Origin: Cryomorphaceae bacterium
Lineage (GTDB): Bacteria; Bacteroidota; Bacteroidia; Flavobacteriales_G; Salibacteraceae
Reading direction: 5' to 3'
DNA length: 64,000 bases
Assembly: GCA_040221375.1 (NCBI GenBank)
Contig: JAVKEP010000072.1
Location: 6,036-70,035, forward strand
Each line of letters begins with the position of its first letter. Position 1 is the stretch's first letter. The translations under genes were made by a program, and so were the position numbers. The notes under the pieces are model-generated. The model searched no databases and was not told where the DNA came from. It was given only the letters and a program-made list of their open reading frames with translations. Positions 24,875 through 35,152 of this stretch are shown piece by piece.

Positions 24875-25822
24875 TTAGAACAAAGTAGTCGGAAGGCTAA
24901 AGAGTTGCATCAGACCGATGAGCATGAGCCACTTCAAGCCTTTATTGAGGCGCGGTGCTGCCTCGGAAAATCCGAGTTTTTGGATCCAACGCACGAACAT
25001 CAACAGCAAGAAAAAAACGACCGCAGAAAATACCGAAAGCAGCAAGGAGCGCGGTAAAAGAGCGACCATCAGCGTTTGTACCCCCGCAATCATGAGTAAA
25101 AACGCCGTCATCAGCAGGCTTGTTCCAGCCACCCCAATGCGCAGCGGAAAGCTTCTTCCGTTCACCGCTTGATCTCCACGCATGTCTTCCACATCTTTGG
25201 AGAGCTCCCTCGCTAAGTTGCTAAAAAACATGAGTGCGGCATAGCAGAGCAGCAGTTTGGTCACGCTTTCAAAATGAACGGGTGAAGCGTCCTTTAGGCC
25301 TTGAAAAAGTTCGATTTCGGCGAGGATCCAGAGCATCGGCAAGGCAGCAATCATAAAGCTGACGAACGAGTTGCCCCACAACCCCCAAAATTTTCCGTGC
25401 CTTGCGTAGAAAAACAACCCCAATACAGCCGCGGGATACAACCCCATCCATTCCAGGCGACCTTCCCAATAGCCGATCGCTGCGGTCAGGCAAAGTCCAA
25501 TCGCAACGAGCCATACAACCCAGGCCTTTGCCTTACTGGCGTACGCCGGATAGCGAACTAAAAATCGATCTGGGCGGTTGATGCTGTCGGTCGCAACGTC
25601 TTGTAGGTCGTTTAACCAATACCCGATCAACGTCACGATCAAGACATCCAGGATCAAGAGCACCCGGGGGATGCCATCCAAGGCCGGGGGCATTCCAATC
25701 GAAGCGCTAATGGCACCCACAACTGCTTGGTCAAAAACGAGCAGAAACAAGGTGATCAATAGCAAATTTGGCCAGCGCAAGAACCTCAAGAATGCATCGA
25801 GGGAAGGACGCGCGGCTTTCAT
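24875..25822 (-). CDS. UbiA-family prenyltransferase
   Basis: Multi-TM protein with NDLQDVATD (NDxxDxxxD) and a second Asp-rich motif KDVEDMRGD. Confidence 0.8.
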   Translation of the reverse strand: MKAARPSLDAFLRFLRWPNLLLITLFLLVFDQAVVGAISASIGMPPALDGIPRVLLILDVLIVTLIGYWLNDLQDVATDSINRPDRFLVRYPAYASKAKAWVVWLVAIGLCLTAAIGYWEGRLEWMGLYPAAVLGLFFYARHGKFWGLWGNSFVSFMIAALPMLWILAEIELFQGLKDASPVHFESVTKLLLCYAALMFFSNLARELSKDVEDMRGDQAVNGRSFPLRIGVAGTSLLMTAFLLMIAGVQTLMVALLPRSLLLSVFSAVVFFLLLMFVRWIQKLGFSEAAPRLNKGLKWLMLIGLMQLFSLPTTLF

Positions 25823-25827
25823 TGATC

Positions 25828-26982
25828 CTAGGCTGAGAGGGCTTGTTCCAGATCAGACAGGATGTCTTCAATGTCTTCTACCCCTACGCTCAGTCTGATC
25901 AAGGAATCGGTGATGCCCACCTTCACGCGCTCCGCTTTGGGAATGGCTGCGTGGGTCATGCTGGCGGGGTGGCCTGCCAGCGACTCTACGCCTCCCAAGG
26001 ACTCGGCCAAGGTGAATACTTCCATTTTAGAGACTATATCAAAAGCCTCTTCCATGCTGTCGCCTTTCAATGTGAAACTGATCATGCCGCCAAAATCGCG
26101 CATTTGTCGTTTGGCTACTTCGTGGTTGCTGTGTGATTCAAAGCCAGGCCAATACACCTTATCCACTCGTGGGTGGTCTTTGAGCCAGTGTGCAACGGCG
26201 GCTCCATTTTGACAGTGGCGCTCCATTCGGAGGTGGAGTGTCTTGATACCGCGTAGCACCAAAAAGCTGTCCATCGGGCCAGGAATGGCTCCTACTGAGT
26301 TTTGTATGAACGCTAGGTCTTCCCTCAATTGATCATCGTTCAAGGCCAAAAAGCCCATCACCACGTCGCTATGGCCGCCGATGTATTTGGTGACGCTATG
26401 CATCACGATGTCCGCCCCCAAATCCAAAGGGTTTTGAAGGTAGGGTGAGGCGAAGGTGTTATCGGCTACGAGGATCAAACCGTGCTCCTTAGCAACCTTG
26501 GAAAACGCCTCGATGTCGATGATGTTCATCGTGGGATTGGTCGGCGTCTCCACCCAAATCATCTTGGTGTTCTCGTTTATCAGGCCCTTGATGTCATCCG
26601 CGGATTGCATTCCTGTGAAATGAAACTTTAGTCCGTATTTCTCGTGGACTTTTGTAAAAAGTCGGTAGGTACCTCCGTAGAGATCGTTGGTGCTGATTAC
26701 CTCATCTCCAGGAGACAAAAGGCGAAGGCATGCATCAATGGACGCCAATCCGCTGCCGAAGGCCAAGCCGTGCTTCCCGTTCTCCAAGGCAGCGAGGTTT
26801 TTTTCCAAGGCGTCGCGCGTAGGATTAAGTGTTCGGCTGTATTCATATCCTTTATGCTCTCCCGGGCGGGGTTGGGCATAGGTTGATGTTTGATAAATAG
26901 GGGTCATGATTGCCCCGGTGGCCAGATCTGGCTCCAATCCCGCGTGTATGGCCTTTGTGCCAAATTTCATTCCTTTCTTCAT
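25828..26982 (-). CDS. PLP-dependent Cys/Met metabolism enzyme (cystathionine gamma-synthase/beta- or gamma-lyase)
   Basis: MKKGMKFGTKAIHAG..., SVTKYIGGHSD (PLP lysine). The start was moved to the ATG at 26982; the ORF-track N-terminal extension is implausible. Confidence 0.9.
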   Translation of the reverse strand: MKKGMKFGTKAIHAGLEPDLATGAIMTPIYQTSTYAQPRPGEHKGYEYSRTLNPTRDALEKNLAALENGKHGLAFGSGLASIDACLRLLSPGDEVISTNDLYGGTYRLFTKVHEKYGLKFHFTGMQSADDIKGLINENTKMIWVETPTNPTMNIIDIEAFSKVAKEHGLILVADNTFASPYLQNPLDLGADIVMHSVTKYIGGHSDVVMGFLALNDDQLREDLAFIQNSVGAIPGPMDSFLVLRGIKTLHLRMERHCQNGAAVAHWLKDHPRVDKVYWPGFESHSNHEVAKRQMRDFGGMISFTLKGDSMEEAFDIVSKMEVFTLAESLGGVESLAGHPASMTHAAIPKAERVKVGITDSLIRLSVGVEDIEDILSDLEQALSA

Positions 26983-27217
26983 GGGTGCGAAATTATACGC
27001 TTGATCTCGATTACCAATTCTTTTGCCGATCCTCAAGAAATGTGCACTTTTCATCCATGGTAAGTGCCCCTGTGGATGCGAATGCGTTCGCCTTGAACAC
27101 CTCATTCACACTTTCTCTTTCTGCGCACAGGATTTCAGGAATGGTCAGTAACTTCGAGCCGTTGGTCCTTTGCGCACCCAGTTTACGTCGCTCTGTACGA
27201 ATAACCGATCCAACCCT

Positions 27218-27658
27218 ATGACCGATCCAAATCATTTTGGCAAGCTAGAACGCATGTACCTTGGTGCCAGGATAAATCGCCAAGTGTACGTGGGAACGCG
27301 TATCAAAATCACCCATGGCGAGGCACGGATTGAGTACGATGTGACCCCTCATCTTCACCACGCTGCAAATGCGATGCACGGATCGGTCTATTTCAAGTTG
27401 TTGGATGACGCAGCCTATTTTGCCGTCGCCTCATTGGTCTTGGACGTTTTTGTGTTGACAAAATCATTCACGATCGATTTAAAACGGCCATTTACCGAGG
27501 GCCTCGTTAGATGCGAAGGCCGGGTAGCGTCGATCGGAGATAGTGAATTCATCGCCACCTCTGTCCTCACCACGGAGGACGGAAAAATCCTCGCAGAAGG
27601 AAAAGGCCACTTCGTACGCGGCCGTACGGCGCTGGATACCGTCATAGAATATCGTTGA
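27218..27658 (+). CDS. PaaI-type hotdog-fold thioesterase
   Basis: Start MTDPNHFGKLERMYL. The HGSVYFKLLDDAAYFA pattern is typical of PaaI/4HBT thioesterases. Confidence 0.7.
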   Translation: MTDPNHFGKLERMYLGARINRQVYVGTRIKITHGEARIEYDVTPHLHHAANAMHGSVYFKLLDDAAYFAVASLVLDVFVLTKSFTIDLKRPFTEGLVRCEGRVASIGDSEFIATSVLTTEDGKILAEGKGHFVRGRTALDTVIEYR

Positions 27659-27772
27659 GGGCTCGTCATGCTTCCGATTCGACTCCTTGGTCGAATGCTC
27701 CAACCAACAACATTATACGTGGCAAGAGCTGAGCCGAAGAGCGACCGAAGCCATCTCCAACAGGTGTTTCGT

Positions 27773-28888
27773 TCAAGACTTAGGTGTCTTGAATGAAATG
27801 AGTTTTCTTCCTAGGTAGACCCGTTGAATCCACCTCGGCAAGATGATGGCCCCCAGCAGTAGGTAAGGATAATACGAAATGATCCTCCAAATGACCCCGA
27901 TCGAAATGGCGAGCCCCATCGGCGAAATGAACTGTTGTAAAAACCCTGAAAAAGCGACTTCGGCAACACCGCTGCCTCCGGGCGTTGGCGAAATCAAGAG
28001 GATGACCCACATCACCAATTGACGGGCATAGATCATGAAATGGTCTAGCAAGGAAAGGTCTGTCAAGGTAAACGACAAAATCAAAAAATTCACCACCCAG
28101 AACCGGGCCGTCCATGAAAGAAACGTTGCCACAAACGCTTTGGTCCAAAAACTGAACGGTTTGGATCTCAGCTCGAAACTCGTGGTGATCAGATCATTGC
28201 CTGTGTCAACTGCTCCCCTTCGCCATTTCTTCAAAAATGGAAGGGTAAAAACCCAGACAATCAACCTTTTTGCGGCGGTCGGATAGCGGAAAATTCCCAG
28301 CCAGATCATCGTGATCAACAACAAGATAAATACATAGCCAACGATGAATATTTCCCTCGCTCCGAGGGTGACGCCGAAGAGCTCTTTCTGCAGTGCTACG
28401 GGGAAAAGTTCGGACCACCCAACGATCAGCAACAAGAGTGGAACCATCAGCACGTAGAACAATTCATCCAAGAAGGCAGTAATCATCACCACGGCGGTAC
28501 TGCGCCCCAGGGGAATGTTTTCTCTGTTCACTATAAAAATGGCTACGCTGGAACCGCCTACGATGCTCGGTGTCACCGAAGATGCAAACTCCCAGAGCAT
28601 GATCACGTCAAAGGCTTGGCGCCAATTGAGGTGATTATCGGTCAAGATGCGTATCCGGATCATGTAACCCACGTCTCTGAGTGCCACCATGATCAACGCA
28701 ACTCCAAACCACATGGTCGATTTCCAGCTCCATTGAATCATGCTGAGCGCTTCTCTTTGGGCCGTGAAGTCTTGGATTAAAAAGTATGCAACGATTGCCA
28801 AACCGATTCCGATCGGAATGAAGACTTTGCTCGGTGAAAGCAGTTGCCGTATTGGATTTCGTCGCTTTGACATGGACTTCTCCTGCAA
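27773..28888 (-). CDS. Flippase-like membrane protein (lysyl-PG synthase TM-domain family, UPF0104)
   Basis: 371 aa, ~8 TM helices, PTPGGSGVAE motif. Confidence 0.7.
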   Translation of the reverse strand: MQEKSMSKRRNPIRQLLSPSKVFIPIGIGLAIVAYFLIQDFTAQREALSMIQWSWKSTMWFGVALIMVALRDVGYMIRIRILTDNHLNWRQAFDVIMLWEFASSVTPSIVGGSSVAIFIVNRENIPLGRSTAVVMITAFLDELFYVLMVPLLLLIVGWSELFPVALQKELFGVTLGAREIFIVGYVFILLLITMIWLGIFRYPTAAKRLIVWVFTLPFLKKWRRGAVDTGNDLITTSFELRSKPFSFWTKAFVATFLSWTARFWVVNFLILSFTLTDLSLLDHFMIYARQLVMWVILLISPTPGGSGVAEVAFSGFLQQFISPMGLAISIGVIWRIISYYPYLLLGAIILPRWIQRVYLGRKLISFKTPKS

Positions 28889-28983
28889 AGAAAACCTATA
28901 AAAAACAGGATTTCGGATTGACCCGAGATAAATTCATTGCAAGCATTTGCGTAAGCCTAACTTTGGGCTTGAAAAGTGAACCG

Positions 28984-29334
28984 ATGAAGAAGATTCTTTA
29001 CCTGAGTTCTTGCGATACGTGTAAACGCATCATGAAAGAGACCGGCGCCGATGGTTTTGAGCTTCAAGACATCAAAGTAAATCCCATCGATGCAGAGACC
29101 TTGGACCGATTGTACGCAGAACATGGCAGCTATGAGGCATTGTTCAACAAACGGGCTGTAAAGTACCGCGCTAAAGGGCTCAATCAGCAAGGCCTGAGCG
29201 ATGACGCATACCGCTCGTTGATCCTCGATGAATACACTTTTCTAAAACGGCCTGTTTACATCATCGGACCTTCTTCGTTTGTCGGAAACAGCAAACAAAC
29301 CGTAGAAGCCATCAAAGCGGCATTGGGTGAATAA
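28984..29334 (+). CDS. ArsC/Spx-family thioredoxin-fold protein
   Basis: Start MKKILYLSSCDTCKR at ATG 28984. The FNKRAVKYRAKGL pattern is present. The ORF-track upstream extension overlaps the opposite-strand gene. Confidence 0.75.
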   Translation: MKKILYLSSCDTCKRIMKETGADGFELQDIKVNPIDAETLDRLYAEHGSYEALFNKRAVKYRAKGLNQQGLSDDAYRSLILDEYTFLKRPVYIIGPSSFVGNSKQTVEAIKAALGE

Positions 29335-30241
29335 CGTCACCAAGGCACATATCGCCCTAGTGGCAGTTGGGATTTTCTACGCCGTAAACTATATCGTAGC
29401 TAAGGGCATCATGCCTGACTACATCGGTCCCTCTGGTTTCATTTTCTATCGCGTATTTGGGGCCACAATCCTCTTTTGGATCGTACACCGATTTATCTCC
29501 AAGGAGAAGATTTTGCGTGAAGATTACCCTCGTTTCATTCAAGCCGCCTTGTTTGGTGTTGCAATCAACCAGCTCTTTTTCTTCAATGGACTCAACTTGA
29601 CATCGCCACTGAATGCGAGTGTAATCATGACCTCCAATCCAATTTTGGTGTTATTGGCTGCCGCGGTGATACTGAGGGAAAGAATCACGGTGTACAAAGT
29701 AGCGGGGATCTCCCTTGGCCTCGTTGGCTCGCTTTCGTTGATCATACTACCCGTGCTGCTAGGTTTCAGCGATTTAGAATGGCGCGCAGGCGACCCCGTT
29801 GGGGATGGCATGGTACTGATCAACGCCTTGAGCTACGGCATTTACTTGGTCACCGTGAAGCCCTTGATGACCAAATACCAACCCATGACCGTGATCAAGT
29901 GGGTATTCACCTTTGGCTGCGTGATGGTATTTCCTTTTGGTTACGACCAGGCCTTGGAGGTAGACTGGGCAAACATGCCGAACGAAATCCTTTGGGGAGT
30001 TGTGTACGTAGTCGTTGGAGTTACGTTTTTAGCGTATTTCTTAAACGTCTATGCTATGAAGACAGTCAGTCCGTCCGTAGTGAGCGCATACATCTATCTG
30101 CAACCCGTGCTCGCTGGCACGATGAGCATTGCCCTAGGCATGGAAGAGATCCATTGGGTTAAAATCCTCGCCGCTGTGATGATCTTTTCTGGGGTCTATT
30201 TAGTCAGCATGCGGGTCCAACCCTCGCGACCTACTGAATGA
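29327..30241 (+). CDS. EamA/DMT-family transporter (GTG start)
   Basis: 304 aa, ~10 TM helices, two EamA-like halves. Confidence 0.85.
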   Translation: MNNVTKAHIALVAVGIFYAVNYIVAKGIMPDYIGPSGFIFYRVFGATILFWIVHRFISKEKILREDYPRFIQAALFGVAINQLFFFNGLNLTSPLNASVIMTSNPILVLLAAAVILRERITVYKVAGISLGLVGSLSLIILPVLLGFSDLEWRAGDPVGDGMVLINALSYGIYLVTVKPLMTKYQPMTVIKWVFTFGCVMVFPFGYDQALEVDWANMPNEILWGVVYVVVGVTFLAYFLNVYAMKTVSPSVVSAYIYLQPVLAGTMSIALGMEEIHWVKILAAVMIFSGVYLVSMRVQPSRPTE

Positions 30242-32651
30242 TCAACGGCTTCACGCGAAGACCCTTGTCGGCCGTTCCAATGCGTAAGAAGTAAGTTCCT
30301 GGCTCAAAGGATGAGACATCCAAGCTTCTGCTCAAGCTCGTCCCGGTCCATGCGCCCGATTGAACGCGCCTTCCACTCAAATCGAGGATTTCAATCGAAA
30401 CGATGGCCGTACTCGCCTTCACGGTGACCCGGTCTTCGGCTGGGTTGGGGAAGATGACCAAGTCATTTTCAGGGCTTGCATTGCCGATGCCAACACCGGT
30501 ATTGCTCACCCGGAAATTCCAGTTATCGCTCCATTCTGTGTAGACGCCGCCCTTACTTGCCCGCACCCTCCAGTAGTACTTTTGATCGAGCGTGAGGTCT
30601 TCGATCAAGGCTTCGGTATCTTCATTCTCTGGAGATTCATCCAAATAATCCTTCGATCCAGTGCGGAGTTCTGGCGTATCAAACGATGTTTCGGTGTCGA
30701 TCTCATATTCGTAGAAATCGACGTCTCCGACAGACTTCCAATCAAGTTTTACATCCTTCGCCAGACCTAGCTTTCCATTGTATGGGGCGTTGAGGAATAC
30801 CTTGTTCTTGTAGGTGCCTGAAATCGAAATGTCATCCAAGAAAAGGTTGTTCCCTCCGTCACCGCGAAACTGGAATTTTATCATCGCACCTTCTCGTTTA
30901 TAGCTATTCCCGATATTGAGGGTGTGGGTTTTCCATTCCGTCGTATCCGCCGGCGTCCAAGCGCCAAATTCTAGGCTTTCGACGGAAGCGAGGGTTGTTC
31001 CACCCACTACTGCTACAAGATCCCAAGTCACTCCGTAGTCTTTACTCATCCAAATCCTGATGTTGTCGCTGTTGTCATCGGTACGTCGTGCAAAGGCTGC
31101 CTTGAAGTTGAGCGAAGCTTGATTGAAAGGTTCTAGATCCAGTGTGTTGGAAATCAGTTCGTCCTGTGTGGATCCGCATAGACCATGATTCTCGATCATG
31201 ATTGACGCTTCGCCGCTAAACGACGCTTCTGTGGTCTTTTGCCAAGTGATTCCATCTTCATCCAAATCAACCACGTGCCATTCTTCTCTATCAAACAATT
31301 GACCTTCTTCAAAGGATTCGATGAAGGGTACCGGCACTCCGCGCTCTGAGACCACCAACACTTCCTTCTCAGCGCTCAGACTATCTGAACCACTGAATGC
31401 GGTGAGACTCACGGGCATTCGCCCTGTTTGAATAAAGGTCACTTCCGGATTCTGTTGGCTTGCTTTCGGTGGGAAGCTCGAAGGTCCAAAATCCCATTTC
31501 CAATCATCTGACTCATAACGCGTGTGGTCTTCAAACGACGTCGGTCTGTCGGCTACGATGATGTCATTCGCGGGTGCAAAATTTGCTTCCAAGAAGCCCG
31601 CAACACCAGTTGCTTCTAGATTGTCTTCATCCACCAAATCCTTGATCTTGTATGCGCTTGTAGTCGTTGCCTGGGTCATTCGGGTTACCTGCCCTTCTGT
31701 AAAGATTGCGCGACAACTGCTGTAACTCATGATGTTTTCCATCATATCAGGCGCATCAGAGCTATAAGGAGAACCCGAGCCTGTGAATCCACATGTATTT
31801 GCCAGGGATGAGCAATCCCAACGGATTTCTCCAACGGGTGGTGTATCGCATACCTGGTCCCCAGCACTGCACGACATTACAGATGAGCAAGCCGAACCGC
31901 CAGCCTCGATGGGATAGAACGTATGCCATAGGTTAAAGCAATGGCCCACTTCATGTGACAACGTGGTTGGATCTGAACCCGCAGTTCCTGTCGTTCCAAA
32001 TCGATCGTGCCTGATAACGAGGCCCCACTTGCGCCAATCGACTCCTCCGTTGGCTGGAATCATTCCAAATCCATTGACTTGTCCAGACACGCCCAAGTTG
32101 ATCTCCTCGACCACCCAAATATGGAAGTACTTCCGCGCCGAAGAGGAAAGCATATCGCCCCAACGGTAGTCATCGCGTACGTCATTTCCCTGGGTGTTGA
32201 CGTTCAAGGTAATCGAGTTTTTGTCTCGATTGATGCCGTTGGTCGGGTTCCCAGAAGGATCAATTCCTGCGAGCCTGAACTCGATGTCCATCGCTCCCAT
32301 GTGCGGTTGAAAAACAGGTCTCACGCTGCTCGTATCCGGTACTTGTAGGTTGAATGATTGATTGAGAAAGTCAATTCCACTCTTGACTTGTGCCGTTGAA
32401 ATATTGGCCTCACAATTCCACCAAATAACGTGCACCACCACGGGCACGACGATTTTCCCAGTTCTTCGTGAAGCATCCGACTGAGCAAATTCGGCGCGGA
32501 TCAAGCTGTCTTGCACACGTTGCTCTTCCAAGAGGTTTGGATTGTTTTGAAAGGCTTCTTTGATGAAGAGCTCGGTTCCGCACGAAGCGTTTTGCCCAAA
32601 AGCAAATGAAGTGATCACCCCAAACAAGGTGAGTGCTATTATATTTTTCAT
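30231..32651 (-). CDS. Secreted M43-type (pappalysin/cytophagalysin-like) zinc metalloprotease with T9SS CTD
   Basis: Signal peptide, HEVGHCFNLWHTF zinc site, C-terminal VIFPNPAEDRVTV...GTYFLRI sorting domain. 806 aa. Confidence 0.8.
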   Translation of the reverse strand: MKNIIALTLFGVITSFAFGQNASCGTELFIKEAFQNNPNLLEEQRVQDSLIRAEFAQSDASRRTGKIVVPVVVHVIWWNCEANISTAQVKSGIDFLNQSFNLQVPDTSSVRPVFQPHMGAMDIEFRLAGIDPSGNPTNGINRDKNSITLNVNTQGNDVRDDYRWGDMLSSSARKYFHIWVVEEINLGVSGQVNGFGMIPANGGVDWRKWGLVIRHDRFGTTGTAGSDPTTLSHEVGHCFNLWHTFYPIEAGGSACSSVMSCSAGDQVCDTPPVGEIRWDCSSLANTCGFTGSGSPYSSDAPDMMENIMSYSSCRAIFTEGQVTRMTQATTTSAYKIKDLVDEDNLEATGVAGFLEANFAPANDIIVADRPTSFEDHTRYESDDWKWDFGPSSFPPKASQQNPEVTFIQTGRMPVSLTAFSGSDSLSAEKEVLVVSERGVPVPFIESFEEGQLFDREEWHVVDLDEDGITWQKTTEASFSGEASIMIENHGLCGSTQDELISNTLDLEPFNQASLNFKAAFARRTDDNSDNIRIWMSKDYGVTWDLVAVVGGTTLASVESLEFGAWTPADTTEWKTHTLNIGNSYKREGAMIKFQFRGDGGNNLFLDDISISGTYKNKVFLNAPYNGKLGLAKDVKLDWKSVGDVDFYEYEIDTETSFDTPELRTGSKDYLDESPENEDTEALIEDLTLDQKYYWRVRASKGGVYTEWSDNWNFRVSNTGVGIGNASPENDLVIFPNPAEDRVTVKASTAIVSIEILDLSGRRVQSGAWTGTSLSRSLDVSSFEPGTYFLRIGTADKGLRVKPLIIQ

Positions 32652-32672
32652 GTACGTACTGTTCTTCGCTGA

Positions 32673-35069
32673 TTAACGGCTTATTGTGAACCGTTGATTC
32701 CAATGATTATCCGCGCTTTTGGCTTGAATGAAGTAAATCCCGTTTGGCAGGCCATTGACAGGAATGCTAAGGTCTTGATCCGATTGCATGGATGCCACAT
32801 TGCGCCGATCCATGAGCTGTCCGTTCATCGAATAAATCGAAACTTGCAGGTCTTGGACGGAAGTAGGAAGCCTCAAATTGATTTGCCCCTTCGATGGGTT
32901 TGGATACACGATAAGCTCTTGAGCTGAAAGCTCGGATAATCCTACGCCATCATCTGCAACCGTAAAGCTCCAAGCATCACTCCATTCGCTGTTCGTACCT
33001 CCGCTTACCGTCCGTACACGCCAAAAGTAGGTCTGCCCAAATTCAAGGTCGCTTGTCTTGAATCGCGTGTCTTCTTTTCCAGAATCTTCGTCGTCTATGG
33101 CCTCTTGGGTTCCCGACGCAACATTCGCTGTGAAGGATGCATTCTTGCTCAATTGAAACTCGTAAGCATCGGCACCGGGTACGGCCCGCCAATCAAGCAC
33201 AACGTCGCTGTTCATTTGCGAGGCGTTGTTATCAGGATAGACCAAGAAGGGCACGATGGAGTACTCTCCGTCGATGTTGATGTTGTCAATGTACAGTTGA
33301 TTTCCCCCTCCAGGCTCGAAATCGAACTTGATCATCGCATTTGGCCCTAACCAAGTAAGTGGAACATTCGAAATCGAAAAGCTCTCCCAGTCACTTTGGG
33401 AGGAAGGCTTAAAAACGCTCGTCGTAAGGGGTTTGCCGCCGTTGAGCTGACCTGAGGTCGCTGACCAGATGGTTTTCCACGTATCGCCGCAATCGTTGCT
33501 GATCAGCACGAAGAGCTTGTCGTTGTCGTCATTATTCGTTTTGCCATAGGCCACCTTAAAGTCGATATCTACTTGCGTCATAGAACGAAAGTCCACTCCT
33601 GCTAGGATAAGTTCATCGTGATTCTTATCGTCATTTCCGATGTTGTAGACCATATAGGATTCATCGTCGTCGTACCCGACGTCGGTTTTGTATTGCCACT
33701 TATACTTGTCGTCGTCTATTCCAGTATTTACCGTTATCCATTGATCTGCCGGCGAAGAAAAATCCTCTCGGAATGGCATCGGGGCTCCATATACATCCGT
33801 GACGAAGAATGCATCATCATCGCTGACGGTCATCGTTATGGAACCTTGCGTTACTGTCAGTTCTACGGAGTACATCCCTGGAACATCAAACGTGAACGTC
33901 GGGTTTTTCTCAGAGGAAGTGAAGTTCTGTGGTCCCGTGATGTTCCAATCCCAGGTTTCAGCATCGTACCTTGAATCGTCGAAGAATTGAACAGCTTCTC
34001 CCCTGCACGCTGTATGCCGGGCAACGCGGTAAGCCGCTGACGTAAGTTCAGTCATTCCTGTAGCCGCATAATTCGCTTCCGTATGCAACGACTTTCTGGC
34101 CGCAAAGGCGGCATTGCTCGAACTGTTCAGTGCCGCCCTCATTCTGGCGACCTGCCCTTCGGTAAACATTGCTTCACAACTCGCATAATCCATATGGTTC
34201 TGGACATTGTCCAAGGATCCGCACGTGGTCTGAGCTGTATTGCAAGAAGAATTATCGACTCCCAAGCAATTAGGCGTGTCGCTCACGCCGTCATCGTCCG
34301 AACAATTGTCTAAGCCAAAGCAAGGATCATTTGAATTGGTTGCTGTTCCGTCACAACCAGGAAAGTTCCCCGTACCCCATGTATGATGAAGGTTAAAAAA
34401 GTGACCCGACTCATGCGTCAATGTGTGTCCATCAGAGATGGCAGTCCCTATCGTTCCTAAGTACCGGTGGTTTGAAATGATGCCATCTGTACCTGCTTGA
34501 GGATCATATACTGGCATAGTAGAAAAGGCAGAGGCACTTGCCCCAACGACAGTAATCACATCAGACACCCAAAAGTTTAGGTACATAGATCGTGGCCATC
34601 CGGATATTTTTGAGCCGTTGTCGCCAACGTAGGTTTCCATGGATTCAATGCGTTGGATTCCCGTAGTGAAATTTCCATTTGGATCCTTGGCTGCTAATCT
34701 GAACTCCAATTCAGCATCTCCGATGATACCTTGGAAGGCGCTAACCACATCATCTAATTCAGCATTCTCGGCATTAAACCCCTCATTGAGCACTCGAAGT
34801 GCATCGCGGATTTGATCATCTACAATGTGCTCAGGGCCATTGTCGTGAAGGATGGTAAATACTACTGGAATAATGATGGTTTCTGCTCTACCGCTGCGCA
34901 CCTCCTCAAGTTGAGCTTGCAATAAGCTTGGATCCAATTCATCCGGCGCACCAATCTCGGGGTGGATTGACCGCATGTGGTTCGCATGAATGGCCGTGCC
35001 ACATTCGTCTTGGGCATCTGCGAAAAAAGGAATGCAAACCAAAAGTGCAAAGAGTAAAAAATTCCTCAT
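32673..35069 (-). CDS. Secreted M43-type zinc metalloprotease with T9SS CTD (paralogue of 30231-32651)
   Basis: Start MRNFLLFALLVCIPFFADAQ (ATG 35069). HESGHFFNLHHTW zinc site. C-terminal IVYPNPSKGQINL...GIYFIQA. Confidence 0.8.
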   Translation of the reverse strand: MRNFLLFALLVCIPFFADAQDECGTAIHANHMRSIHPEIGAPDELDPSLLQAQLEEVRSGRAETIIIPVVFTILHDNGPEHIVDDQIRDALRVLNEGFNAENAELDDVVSAFQGIIGDAELEFRLAAKDPNGNFTTGIQRIESMETYVGDNGSKISGWPRSMYLNFWVSDVITVVGASASAFSTMPVYDPQAGTDGIISNHRYLGTIGTAISDGHTLTHESGHFFNLHHTWGTGNFPGCDGTATNSNDPCFGLDNCSDDDGVSDTPNCLGVDNSSCNTAQTTCGSLDNVQNHMDYASCEAMFTEGQVARMRAALNSSSNAAFAARKSLHTEANYAATGMTELTSAAYRVARHTACRGEAVQFFDDSRYDAETWDWNITGPQNFTSSEKNPTFTFDVPGMYSVELTVTQGSITMTVSDDDAFFVTDVYGAPMPFREDFSSPADQWITVNTGIDDDKYKWQYKTDVGYDDDESYMVYNIGNDDKNHDELILAGVDFRSMTQVDIDFKVAYGKTNNDDNDKLFVLISNDCGDTWKTIWSATSGQLNGGKPLTTSVFKPSSQSDWESFSISNVPLTWLGPNAMIKFDFEPGGGNQLYIDNINIDGEYSIVPFLVYPDNNASQMNSDVVLDWRAVPGADAYEFQLSKNASFTANVASGTQEAIDDEDSGKEDTRFKTSDLEFGQTYFWRVRTVSGGTNSEWSDAWSFTVADDGVGLSELSAQELIVYPNPSKGQINLRLPTSVQDLQVSIYSMNGQLMDRRNVASMQSDQDLSIPVNGLPNGIYFIQAKSADNHWNQRFTISR

Positions 35070-35152
35070 GTTGTTCTCGTTAGGGCTAACGAAATTAGCG
35101 AATAGGAATTTGACCTTCGGCACGAATTAGCGCGGATAGAGGTGGCCTAATG

